The notes beneath the pieces are model-generated. The model was not told the origin of the DNA, did no database searches, and saw only the letters and a list, made by a program, of their open reading frames with translations. Positions 28,501 through 37,794 of a stretch of 64,000 bases of DNA are shown piece after piece. Numbering within the stretch: the stretch's first letter is position 1; every line of letters begins with the position of its first letter. Made by a program: the position numbers and the translations under genes. The stretch spans positions 5,120,001-5,184,000 of the forward strand of contig OY970325.1 of NCBI GenBank assembly GCA_963717145.1, in the 5' to 3' direction. Origin of the DNA: an uncultured Armatimonadetes bacterium (GTDB taxonomy: Bacteria > Armatimonadota > UBA5829 > DTJY01).

Positions 28501-28563
28501 CTCGCCTGGTGCTTCGGCGGCTTCTGTGGCTGCGTCTTGATCCCTGCGGGCCTTTCGCGTCAT
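25542..28563 (-). CDS. CheB/CheR fusion with coiled coil and PAS domains (frameshift at ~26550-26620)
   Basis: VVGIGASAGG, QHLDP, LSGMGSDG (CheB); LLIGVTSFFRD, GCSTGEEAYS, CRNLLIY (CheR); NEELQS heptads; PAS domains. Confidence 0.9.
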
Positions 28564-28702
28564 CTGATCTCTCCTCGGCTCTACAGATCACTGTCAGGAT
28601 TACGAAGAAATGGTGAAGACAGTATACCACCTTTCCTGATACCCGTCGAGCCTGCTAATCTACACCTGTATACACAGGGCAAAAGCAATATGCCAAAAAA
28701 AC

Positions 28703-29680
28703 TCAGTCGCCGCCCTCCTGGTTCCTCATCGACTGCCGCGCCACGAGCCGGGTCCGGTAGTAATCGAGGATCACCGCCAGCACGATCACGACGCCGGTGA
28801 TCATCCGCTTCGTAGCCTCCTCGGTCCCCATCTGCGCCAGTCCGCTTCCGAGGATTGCGATGATCACAACTCCGAAGAACGAGTTCACCACCGATCCTCG
28901 TCCGCCCATGAGGCTCGTGCCTCCTATGACGACTGCCGCGATCGCCTCCAGTTCGAACCCGCTGCCGGCGTTCGGGTTTGCCGAGGCAAACCGCGCCGTG
29001 ATGACGATCGCCGCGAGCGCACAGAGCAGGCCCGAGAGGACGTAGACCGCGATCTTCACCCCAGATGTCCTGATCCCCGAGAGGTAAGCGGTCTGCTCGT
29101 TCGATCCGAGCGCGACGAGATGCCGTCCGAATGCGCTCTTGTTGAGCAGTATGTGGCCCGCTGCCACCGCGACGATCGCCACGATGAAGAGCGATGACAC
29201 GTGGCCGACTCCTGCTGATGACATTCCGCCGATCTTCGAGCCGAGGTAGACCGTTCGGGAGTCGGTGAGTAGGTACGTCGCTCCTCTCGCAGCCTCGAGC
29301 ATCCCGAGCGTGACGATGAACGGCGGGAGTGACCATCGGACGATGACCAGCCCGTTGATCAGCCCGCAGAGCGACCCGGCGGCCAGGCACGCGGGGATCG
29401 AGATCACCAGGGGCAGGCCGAACCTGTCGAGGAGCAATCCGAGCAGCGCGCCGGACAGCCCGACGATCGACCCGACCGAGAGATCGATCCCCGCGGTGAT
29501 GAGCACGAGCGTCATTCCGACCGCGATCAATATCGCCGCCGGGATCTGGTTCGCGATCGCGAGGAAGTTGGTCGTCGTCAGGAAGTTCTCGCACTTGATG
29601 CCGAAGAAGGCGATCAGCACGACGAGAACCGCGCCCATGCCGAGAACGTCCGTCAGCCACTTCGTGTTGTGCCGGTCCAT
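28703..29680 (-). CDS. Monosaccharide ABC transporter permease (RbsC-like)
   Basis: GMTLVLITAGIDLSVG, PPFIVTLG, FGR...A.GSN...A.LSGI, ELEAIAAVVIGG.SL.GG.G. Confidence 0.92.
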   Translation of the reverse strand: MDRHNTKWLTDVLGMGAVLVVLIAFFGIKCENFLTTTNFLAIANQIPAAILIAVGMTLVLITAGIDLSVGSIVGLSGALLGLLLDRFGLPLVISIPACLAAGSLCGLINGLVIVRWSLPPFIVTLGMLEAARGATYLLTDSRTVYLGSKIGGMSSAGVGHVSSLFIVAIVAVAAGHILLNKSAFGRHLVALGSNEQTAYLSGIRTSGVKIAVYVLSGLLCALAAIVITARFASANPNAGSGFELEAIAAVVIGGTSLMGGRGSVVNSFFGVVIIAILGSGLAQMGTEEATKRMITGVVIVLAVILDYYRTRLVARQSMRNQEGGD

Positions 29681-29703
29681 CTTGCGCAATTGAAACCTCT
29701 CAG

Positions 29704-29800
29704 GGGAGTATGGGAGTATGGGAGTATGGGAGTGTGGGGGTATGGGAGTGTGAAGGTGTGGGAGTGATTCCGGACTCCCATACTCCCATACTCCCACACT
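29704..29800. repeat. Inverted arrays of 8-nt tandem repeats (GGGAGTAT)n / (ACTCCCAT)n
   Basis: About 8 degenerate forward units 29704-29766, then 3 reverse units 29774-29800. Confidence 0.85.
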
Positions 29801-29806
29801 CTGCCC

Positions 29807-30757
29807 CTACTCCAACGACTTCGCGGTGACCAGATCGACGGGAGTCTCCTTATCGGCGGGAGCCGCCTTCTTGCCGATCATCTCCAGCGCGTACTCGATG
29901 CCGTAGACCGCAAGCTGGTCCGCATGCTGGTCGGCAGTGGCGAGGATCTTCCCCTCCTTGAGCAACTGCTGGGCCGCGCTGATGTTGTCATAGCCGACGA
30001 CCACGATCTTGCCCGACTTGCCGGACTCCTCGACCGCCTTGACCGCCCCAATCGCCATGCTGTCGTTCGCGCAGAGGAGCGCCTTGATGTCGGGATTGGC
30101 GGTGATGATGTCGCGGGCGATGCGGTTTGCCTTGTCCGTCTCCCAGTAGCCGCTCTGGGATGCCACGATATTGATCTTGGCGGCCTTCATCGCGTCCTCG
30201 AAGCCAAGCCGTCGCTGCTCGCCGTTGAACGCGTTCGGCGCGCCCTCCAGGACCGCCACTTTGTCGCCCGCCTTGAGGGTCTTCGCCAGTTCATCGCCGA
30301 CGAGCTTCGCGCCCTTCCGGTTGTCCGGGCCGACGAACGGCACGGTCAGGCCGGCTTCCTTGAGCGCGTCCGAGTCGAACTTGTTGTCAATGTTGATGAC
30401 GATGATCCCCACGCCGGACGCCTTCTTGCAGACGGCCACGAGCGCCTTCGAGTCGGCCGGCGCGATAATGATGGCATCGACTCCCTGCGCGATCATCTGC
30501 TCCACGAGTTCGACCTGCTTGTTGACGTCGAGTTCGTCCTTGATGCCGTTGACGATCAGGTCAAACTCCGAGGCACGTTCCTTCTGATAGTCCTCGGCCC
30601 CATCCGCCATCGTCTTGAAGAACTCGTTGGCGAGCGATTTCATGACCAGCGCGATCTTGGGCTTCTCCGCGGAAGTCGGTTGGCTCGACTGCTTCGAGCA
30701 TCCCGAGACAAGTCCCAGCGCCAAGGTGATGATCAGGCAATACTTGAGTATCCGCAT
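29807..30757 (-). CDS. Monosaccharide ABC substrate-binding lipoprotein (RbsB-like)
   Basis: Lipobox VSGC; KSLANEFF, GVDAIIIAP, VGPDN..GA, CANDSMAIGA, VVGYD; GGAGGAG RBS. Confidence 0.92.
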   Translation of the reverse strand: MRILKYCLIITLALGLVSGCSKQSSQPTSAEKPKIALVMKSLANEFFKTMADGAEDYQKERASEFDLIVNGIKDELDVNKQVELVEQMIAQGVDAIIIAPADSKALVAVCKKASGVGIIVINIDNKFDSDALKEAGLTVPFVGPDNRKGAKLVGDELAKTLKAGDKVAVLEGAPNAFNGEQRRLGFEDAMKAAKINIVASQSGYWETDKANRIARDIITANPDIKALLCANDSMAIGAVKAVEESGKSGKIVVVGYDNISAAQQLLKEGKILATADQHADQLAVYGIEYALEMIGKKAAPADKETPVDLVTAKSLE

Positions 30758-30817
30758 GCGATCTCCTCCATTTGTCATACACGATGATTGCATTGTAGCC
30801 AGTTGTTTCCGTCAGAA

Positions 30818-30938
30818 ACCACCGTCAGTCCTGAGTTCGCCGGTGAATGACGGCGTGTAACGAAGGACGGCCTTACTGCACCGAGCCGTCCTTCGTTACA
30901 CGCCGTCATTCACCGGCGAACTCAGGACTGACGGTGGT
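30818..30938. repeat. 121-bp perfect palindromic element (GTCAGTCCTGAG...CGAAGGAC family), copy 1
   Basis: 54-bp arms 30818-30871 / 30885-30938; related copy at 42986-43096. Confidence 0.9.
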
Positions 30939-30970
30939 GGTTTTCAGAATGACAGTCCCATTACCTAGTT

Positions 30971-32254
30971 CTACTTCGGCGCGGGAATCCATTCCCTGAG
31001 GCACGCCGGCGTGATCTTGATTGTCTGCCGCTTCCCATTCCGCTCCAGGACGATCGTGCCTGTCACCGCCCGGATCGGCACGCCCCCGGCCTTCGGAGCG
31101 TAGCTCATCAGGCTGCGATCGAGTGGGTCGCGAACCGTGCAGTTGTCGAACACCACCCCGCCGATCGGCTCGACCGCGTCGTCACGGCTCTGGAACACGA
31201 TCGGAGTCGTCTCCGGCCTCGACAGCGCCGAATCGAGGATCGAGCAGCCTGTGAAGCGGACCTCGAAGCGCCCGAGCGGAATGTTCGAGAGAGTGATGCC
31301 TGCCTTACCCGATCTCTCGAACACGCAATCCACGTACTCGATCCGGCCTCCCACCGCCTTCTCCGGCGCATTCCCGGTGATCACCCGCGTGCCACTCGCG
31401 TTGTCACCGATCGACCTGCAGTTCTCGAACCGCACCGACACCGGCGCTGACGTGGCATCCATCAGCGCCAGGAAGAACAGATATCCGTCGCCCTGGTTGC
31501 CTTCGGTCGTGCAGTTGCGCATCACGACGTTCACCAGCCTCTCGTCGGGGCGGTTCGGCTCGAAGTCGATGCCCGCCTGAGGATTGGTGCCGCCGGTCTC
31601 GCGCATGACGGTGTTCTCGATCAGCAGGTTCTCGGCGGTGATCACGCTGATCCCCTGGCGGTAGTGCCGCTCGCAGGTCACATCCCTGATGTGGATGTCC
31701 TTGTTCGTGACGCCTCTGGTCGCTGTCCCGAGGTAGATGCCGTCGCCCCCGCTGTCAGTGAGCGTCAGGCCGTAGACCTTGACGTTCGAGCAGCTCTTGA
31801 GGCTCAGAGTGTGTCGCCACTCGGCATCCTCATAGGGTGGGGCGGCATAGTCGGAGCGCCACATGCGGAGGGTCGCGCCATAGCCGTTGAGCGTGATGTT
31901 CTGCTTGTCGTCGGCGCGGAAGAGGGCGTCGTTCGTCCCTTTGAACTCGCCTCGTTTGGCGACGACCTCGACTCCCTTGCGAAAGACGATCTCCTGGTTG
32001 CTCGCCAGGCTGATAGGCCGGACGATCCAGGGCTTGCCGGGATTGTCGATGATCAGCTTCCTCACGCCGGAGTCGATTGCGGCCTGGAGCGCGTCGGTCG
32101 AATCCTCGGCGTCGAATCCCCACCACGAGGCGACGGCCATCTGTGCCTTTCCCGCCGCGACCATATCGATCATCCGCTGGTTCACCTTGCCCGCGGCAAG
32201 TGTCTCTCCGGCAACCAGCAACATCATTGTGAAGATGAGCGCCACTCCAAACAT
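30971..32254 (-). CDS. Secreted right-handed parallel beta-helix protein (pectin-lyase fold)
   Basis: DSTDALQAAIDSG, SGGDGIY, RQGISVI, PQAGIDFEPN; signal peptide. Confidence 0.8.
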   Translation of the reverse strand: MFGVALIFTMMLLVAGETLAAGKVNQRMIDMVAAGKAQMAVASWWGFDAEDSTDALQAAIDSGVRKLIIDNPGKPWIVRPISLASNQEIVFRKGVEVVAKRGEFKGTNDALFRADDKQNITLNGYGATLRMWRSDYAAPPYEDAEWRHTLSLKSCSNVKVYGLTLTDSGGDGIYLGTATRGVTNKDIHIRDVTCERHYRQGISVITAENLLIENTVMRETGGTNPQAGIDFEPNRPDERLVNVVMRNCTTEGNQGDGYLFFLALMDATSAPVSVRFENCRSIGDNASGTRVITGNAPEKAVGGRIEYVDCVFERSGKAGITLSNIPLGRFEVRFTGCSILDSALSRPETTPIVFQSRDDAVEPIGGVVFDNCTVRDPLDRSLMSYAPKAGGVPIRAVTGTIVLERNGKRQTIKITPACLREWIPAPK

Positions 32255-32267
32255 GGGTCCTTGCCTC

Positions 32268-33623
32268 CTACCAACCAGTCTTCTCCCACTCCGGATGGAA
32301 GTTGGTCTCCCAGAGCGGCTTCACATTTTTCTCATTCCACTTGTCCCAGGCGGCCGACAGCTCAGCGACCCTGTCCGCGTCCTCCGAGGAGAGGTCCTTC
32401 TTCTCACCAGGGTCGTCCGCCAGGTTGAAGAGCCTGTAGCCGAGTTCATCGTGACGCTCGAGCTTCCAGTCGCCTATACGGATCGCCGACTGATTGCCGT
32501 ACCGCCAGCAGAGCGACTCATGCGGAGAGCCTGTCTTATCGCCCTTCAGGAACGGCAGGAGGTTCACGCCGTCTACGTTATCGGCGACCTTCCCACCGGC
32601 GGCGGCGACGGCGGTGGGAAGTATGTCGAGCGAGATGACCGGCTTGGAGTAGGTCTTGCCCGCGGGGATCTTGCCCTTCCACTGCGCCATGAACGGCACA
32701 CGGATCCCGCCTTCGTGGACCTGCGCCTTGTAGCCCTTGAACGGGTCATTTCGCGAGGTAAGGTTTGGGGTGGGGCCGCCGTTGTCGGAGAGGAAGATGA
32801 TCAGCGTGTCGTCCTCGAGCTTGGCCTCGCGGACCTTCGCCAGGACGGAGCCGATCGCCTCGTCCATCGCCTTGAGCTGCTTGGCGAATCCGCGCCGCTT
32901 CTCGTCCTTGATGTCGGGGAAATCGTTCGCCAGGCGGATCGGCGGCTGGATCGGCGCATGGACTGCATTGAACGCCAGGTAGAGGAAGAACGGCTTCTCC
33001 TTGTTCTTGTCGATGAACGAGACGGCCTCCCGCGCGAAGGCATAGGTGAGGTGCTCCTTCTCGTCGACCGGTTTGCCGTTCCGCTGGATCATATTGAACG
33101 AGTCCAGCGTGGGATTCATATAAGGATGGGCACCTCCAACGAAGCCGAAGAACTCATCGAACCCGCGCTTGTTCGGATGGAACTGCTCGACGTCGCCGAG
33201 ATGCCACTTGCCGATGATGCCGGTCGCGTATCCCTCGGCCTTCATGTACTGGGCGATCGTCTTCTGGTCGAGCGGAAGCCCCCAGTTCTTCCTGTCCAGA
33301 TCGGGGGTTGGATTCTGCTCATGCCCGAAGCGCTGTTGGTATCGCCCGGTCATGAGCCCGGCGCGCGTGGGGCTGCATACGGGGCAGCTCACGTAGCCGT
33401 CGGTGAACCGCATGCCGTTCTTCGCGATCGAGTCGAGGTTCGGGGTCGGGACATCCTTGCATCCCTGGGTGCCCATCTCGGCGTATCCCATGTCATCGGC
33501 GAGGATGACGATCACGTTCGGCTTGATGTAGTCCGTGGCGAACAGCCCGGTCGGAATCGCCATCGCGGCGGCCCCCATTCCGGCAAGTCTGACGAAATCG
33601 CGTCGAGAGTATCTGTCGGTCAT
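32268..33623 (-). CDS. Tat-exported sulfatase
   Basis: SRRDFV signal; PNVIVILADD, CSPTRAGLMTGR, GKWHLG, SDNGG, EGGIRVP. Confidence 0.94.
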   Translation of the reverse strand: MTDRYSRRDFVRLAGMGAAAMAIPTGLFATDYIKPNVIVILADDMGYAEMGTQGCKDVPTPNLDSIAKNGMRFTDGYVSCPVCSPTRAGLMTGRYQQRFGHEQNPTPDLDRKNWGLPLDQKTIAQYMKAEGYATGIIGKWHLGDVEQFHPNKRGFDEFFGFVGGAHPYMNPTLDSFNMIQRNGKPVDEKEHLTYAFAREAVSFIDKNKEKPFFLYLAFNAVHAPIQPPIRLANDFPDIKDEKRRGFAKQLKAMDEAIGSVLAKVREAKLEDDTLIIFLSDNGGPTPNLTSRNDPFKGYKAQVHEGGIRVPFMAQWKGKIPAGKTYSKPVISLDILPTAVAAAGGKVADNVDGVNLLPFLKGDKTGSPHESLCWRYGNQSAIRIGDWKLERHDELGYRLFNLADDPGEKKDLSSEDADRVAELSAAWDKWNEKNVKPLWETNFHPEWEKTGW

Positions 33624-33670
33624 GTGTTTCTCCTCAAAAAAAGCATGGGTACCATGGTGTCCTATGGGTC

Positions 33671-35026
33671 CTATTCCGCCTTGGGCTTCCTCCGGTGATC
33701 GAGCCATTTCGGTGGGATGTTTTTCGCATCCCACTTCTTGTAGGCGGCTTGAAGTTCCTTGAGCTTCTCCGGATTCGTCGCCGCGAGGTCCTTAGCCTCC
33801 CCGATGTCATCGGCAAGGTTGAAGAGCTTCTCTGCGCCGTCGCCGTTCCGGACGAGCTTCCAGTCGCCGACACGCGCGCCCGATCTGTCGATCATCCGCC
33901 AGAACAGCCTGTCGTGCGGGGCGGCGCTCTTCTCTCCCCCGAGGAACGGCAGGAGGTTCACCCCCTCGATGTTCGAGGCGGGCTTTCCGCCGGCGAGTGT
34001 GACGGCGGTCGGGAGTATATCGAGCGAAACCACCGGCTTCTCGTAGACCTTCCCCGCCGGGAGCTTGCCCGTGTACTGGACCAGATATGGGATGCGGATC
34101 CCGCCCTCGAATGCGTCGCCCTTGAAGCCGTTGAGCGGTATGTTCGGTGCCAATCCCGGCAGGCGGTATCCGCCGTTGTCGCCGAGGAAGAAGATCAGCG
34201 TGTCCTGCTCCAACCCCGATTCCCGTACCTTCGCGAGCACCTTGCCGACCGCGTCGTCCATGGCGGTGAGCATCGTCGCATACTTGCGCTTCTCGGGGAT
34301 CTTGAACTGGCTGAAGCTGTCCTTGTACCGCTCAGGCGTCTCGAGCGGATGGTGCACCGCGTTGAAGGCGAGGTAGAGGAAGAATGGCTTCTCCTTGTTC
34401 CGGTCGATGAACGACAGGGCCTCGCGTCCGAAGGCGTCGGTCAGGTACTCCTTCTCGTCGACCTCCTTCGTGCCGCGAAGGATCGGCTCGAGAGTGCCGA
34501 CGCCTGGATTGGTGTACGAGTGTGCGCCTGTCAGGAATCCGAAGAACTCGTCGAAACCGCGCTTCTGAGGATGGCATTCGGGTCGATGTCCGAGATGCCA
34601 CTTGCCGACCATGCCGGTTGCGTACCCCTCGGCCTTCATGTAGTCGGCGATCGTCTTCTCGCCCTCGGGGAGCCCGAAGATCGGGGAGGCGCCCGCCGGT
34701 GGGCCGGGGTTGTCCTCATGGCCGAAGCGCTGTTGGTATCGCCCGGTCATCAGCCCGGCGCGGGTGGGGCTGCAGAAGGCGCAGGTCACATAACCGTTCG
34801 TGCAGCGGACCCCGTTCTTCGCGATGGAGTCGATGTTCGGCGTCGGGATCTCCTTCCCGCCCTGGCATCCGATTGAGGCATAGCCGTGGTCGTCGGAGAG
34901 GATGACGATCACGTTCGGCTTGCGTCCATCGGCGGCGAAGAGGCCGGTCGGCAGGGCCATCGCCGCCACCCCCGCGCCGGCCGCCCGAAGGAACTGCCGT
35001 CTGGAAATCATTTCTTGATGTCTCAT
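33671..35026 (-). CDS. Tat-exported sulfatase (paralog of the adjacent gene)
   Basis: SRRQFL signal; PNVIVILSDD, CSPTRAGLMTGR, GKWHLG, GDNGG. Confidence 0.94.
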   Translation of the reverse strand: MRHQEMISRRQFLRAAGAGVAAMALPTGLFAADGRKPNVIVILSDDHGYASIGCQGGKEIPTPNIDSIAKNGVRCTNGYVTCAFCSPTRAGLMTGRYQQRFGHEDNPGPPAGASPIFGLPEGEKTIADYMKAEGYATGMVGKWHLGHRPECHPQKRGFDEFFGFLTGAHSYTNPGVGTLEPILRGTKEVDEKEYLTDAFGREALSFIDRNKEKPFFLYLAFNAVHHPLETPERYKDSFSQFKIPEKRKYATMLTAMDDAVGKVLAKVRESGLEQDTLIFFLGDNGGYRLPGLAPNIPLNGFKGDAFEGGIRIPYLVQYTGKLPAGKVYEKPVVSLDILPTAVTLAGGKPASNIEGVNLLPFLGGEKSAAPHDRLFWRMIDRSGARVGDWKLVRNGDGAEKLFNLADDIGEAKDLAATNPEKLKELQAAYKKWDAKNIPPKWLDHRRKPKAE

Positions 35027-35030
35027 AGTG

Positions 35031-36320
35031 TTACCTCTTCAATCTTACCAGAACTCCACCGCCCGGTGGAAGCTCGAGTCTCAGCCGCGATCCTGCCGGT
35101 CCTTCCGACCAAGACGACGTTGGTGCGTGGAATACTTGCATTCGACTCGGACCCACAAGCGTGGTCGTGGCCACATTCTTGTAGTCAAGGTTCACCACCA
35201 CCACGTGTGTGTGGCGGTCGGCGGACTTCCCGAAGTAGCCGAGCAGGACCTCCTGCGACGCAGGCTCGGGATGGAAGACGCTCTTCGGCGGCAGTGCTCG
35301 CCCTCCCATCGGCATTGTCCCACAGTGGTACGCGCCGAGCGACTTGAAGGGCTGCAGTTCCGTCGCTATCGCGAGGAACTCCCGGTTGAACTGGGAAACC
35401 GCCCAGTAGAGCGGCAACGGGGTGGTTGCGTCGGCGGGGTCTTTCCAGAGGCCGATGTCGTATCGGAAATGGCTGATCCCCTGCGCCCCATACGCCAGGG
35501 ACGTGTAGGTTAGCCAGCGCAGTTCGTGCTCGCCGGGCCCGCGCCAGCCCTCGGAGGGGGAGTCGCAGGTCTGGATGATGTTCAGGAACGGTCTCTTCGC
35601 CTCCAGCGCTGCCATCCGGATGAGCGCCAGATTCAGGAAATACTGCGCGCCGTCGCTGTTCTTCAGGAAGTGATAGTGGTCGTAGCTGATCAGGTCCGGC
35701 TTGACCGTCTCGACGAACTGCCTGAGGTGCTCGCGATATCGGAGTGTCGTGCCATCATCGGTCTTGATCCCCGCGAAATCCGATGGAATGCCCACCTTGG
35801 CCCGTTCGGCGGCATCGGCGCTGACCCCGAGTTGCGCTTCATTCGCGTATGTGGGGAACAGGTTGATGTAGGCCAGGTGCGCAGGGTCGCGCTCGCGCAG
35901 GTAGGCGACGAGCTTTCCCAGCGCCGGGAATGCGCCCGCGCCCGGCTCATCGGTCAGATGGTATGCATAGAGCGCCGGATGGGAGCGGACCCGTTCGATC
36001 AGCGCATCGAGCGCCTTCGCTTGCGTGGGATCGTCGACGTTCGGGGTGTTGAGCACCAGCATGGCTCGGAGGCCGTGGCGGTGGAGAACATCGAGGTCCT
36101 CGGGCTTCGCGGCCCAGGCGAGGTTCCAACCGCCGGCGCTGACCTGTGCAGCGGTGAGATCGTTCACAGGCATGGTGTGTCCCGGTCCCGCCCAGTAGGT
36201 GACGATCGGAGCGCCGATCTTCCAGTTGGCATCCGGCTTCGCCGCGACCGACATCGCGGTGCAAGCGACTATCATGCAGCAGACAGCGAACAGGGGTCTT
36301 GATAGCATAGTTATCTCCAT
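35031..36320 (-). CDS. Secreted hypothetical protein with putative glycoside hydrolase TIM barrel
   Basis: Signal peptide; HPALYAYHLTDEP, YINLFP, SYDHY, LAYGAQGI..F. Confidence 0.6.
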   Translation of the reverse strand: MEITMLSRPLFAVCCMIVACTAMSVAAKPDANWKIGAPIVTYWAGPGHTMPVNDLTAAQVSAGGWNLAWAAKPEDLDVLHRHGLRAMLVLNTPNVDDPTQAKALDALIERVRSHPALYAYHLTDEPGAGAFPALGKLVAYLRERDPAHLAYINLFPTYANEAQLGVSADAAERAKVGIPSDFAGIKTDDGTTLRYREHLRQFVETVKPDLISYDHYHFLKNSDGAQYFLNLALIRMAALEAKRPFLNIIQTCDSPSEGWRGPGEHELRWLTYTSLAYGAQGISHFRYDIGLWKDPADATTPLPLYWAVSQFNREFLAIATELQPFKSLGAYHCGTMPMGGRALPPKSVFHPEPASQEVLLGYFGKSADRHTHVVVVNLDYKNVATTTLVGPSRMQVFHAPTSSWSEGPAGSRLRLELPPGGGVLVRLKR

Positions 36321-36335
36321 GTGTTCAGCCTCACG

Positions 36336-37747
36336 TCAAAACGATTCGAGCACCTGCCAGATGAACATGTTCCCGAGGCCGTCGATCTCCTGCCAGATAC
36401 GCTGAGCGAGCGCCTCGTCACCCGGAATCTCCGCCGGAAGCTCCTTGCGCTTCTGGTCCCATGGGACGCACACTCCCGGCGGTACTCTCCCCTGCGGGAG
36501 AGGATGGGACGGATGGGACACATGGGACTGATGGGACGCGTGCCCGCCGGAGTAGACGCCATATTCCCGCGTGAAGTCGGTCAGCGCGCGGAGGTTCTCG
36601 ATCGACGTGTCGTTCTGCATGATCGCGCTGGCGTCCATGATGTAGCCGCCGTCCCGCGCGACGCCGTCGATCACTCTCCTGCGCGCACTCTCGGACCTCA
36701 TCCGGCGTGCCGTACGCCAGCAGGAAGTTCGGGATGCCGCCGCTGAGGCAGAACTTGTGGCCGAGCCTGCGGTGAGCCTCGAAGATGTCGCCGCGATCGA
36801 CGTGGTAGACGATGCTCGCGTCCGGCAGTTCGGCGATATGGTCGAGGTGCGCGTCCCAGTCGCCCTCGGCGTAGAACAGCGTCTGGTGCCCGTTCGCCCA
36901 AAGCTCCTCGATGATCGGCTTGATCGTCGGCCAGTAGTGTGACTCGAACTGCCCCGGCGAGACGAACGGCACGCAGCCGCGGTGCATCCAGAAGCCGATG
37001 GGCACCTGGCCGCTGGGGTCGGCGGTGATCAGCGCCACGTGATAGAGGTGCGGCATCAGCGCCTCGCACGCGCTGAGCACCTTGTCGGGCTGGTCGATCA
37101 TGTCCATCGTGAGCCCGATGTAGCCGCGCAGCTTGTCGGCCAGGATGTCGAACGGCGCCTTGAGGATGCCGGCGATGGCGCCGACCGTGCCGGACTCCGT
37201 CCGCGAGCGCCTGTCCCTGCGGCCCGAACGCCATGAAGTAGTTCCAGCATCGCCATCCCGCCCTTGACCAGGGCGAGGTTGTTCCGGTAGCGGTCGCTGC
37301 CCGGTCCGACACGTCCGCCGACACGCGCGGCAGCCAGACGTTGTAGAGGAAGCCGGTCGGGTCGTCGATCAGCGCGTCGTACTCGTCCGCCTTCATGAAG
37401 GCGTCGTCCTCGGCCGGCTCGCGGTACTGGAAACCCGTGTTCGGCGGGATGTCGATGCCCGGCACGGCGTAGTACTTCAGCCCGATCGCCTGCGTCAGGC
37501 CGGTCCAGACGTAGACCATGTTGCCCACGACGGCGTCCCAGTCGAAGTCGGCGGCGCACTTCCGGGCGGCGACGAACGCCTTGTTGTAGTCGTGCGTGAC
37601 CTCCTGGCAGGTGAAGCCGGCGTACTTGGCGGTGAACTCGGCCACGAACGGCCGGATCGGCATCCTGTCCGGCTTCTCGTTCCGCATCGCCGTCGTATAT
37701 CTCGCCAGCCGTTCCTGGTAAAGCTGTTCCATGTCCATTTCGGTCAT
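36336..37747 (-). pseudogene. Uroporphyrinogen decarboxylase-family (URO-D/MtaA-CmuA superfamily) gene, broken by about four frameshifts
   Basis: Segments in ORFs 36698-37747, 37098-37766, 36418-37107 and 36336-36701 concatenate (EKPDRMP, LRG...L.MD, FE..YWP, CLSGGIP..LL..GTPDEV, GGYIM); may be intact in vivo. Confidence 0.7.
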
Positions 37748-37763
37748 CTCTCCAGTCGCTCAA

Positions 37764-37794
37764 CACGTAGGGAACGGCCGCCGTTCCCTACGTG
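37764..37794. repeat. Collapsed GTAG-type REP doublet
   Basis: CACGTAGGGAACGG-CCG-CCGTTCCCTACGTG. Confidence 0.7.

Noticed and set aside
25542-28563. Chemotaxis operon
   Set aside because: No cheA, cheW, cheY or chemoreceptor; CheB/CheR-PAS fusions are a separate signalling class
29680-29797. His/Pro-rich N-terminal extension on the permease
   Set aside because: It is the translation of the 8-mer repeat array; the permease plausibly starts near 29680
31887-33698. 603-aa plus-strand ORF and many similar long overlapping ORFs
   Set aside because: Antisense or alternate frames of clear genes, expected in high-GC DNA; no motifs
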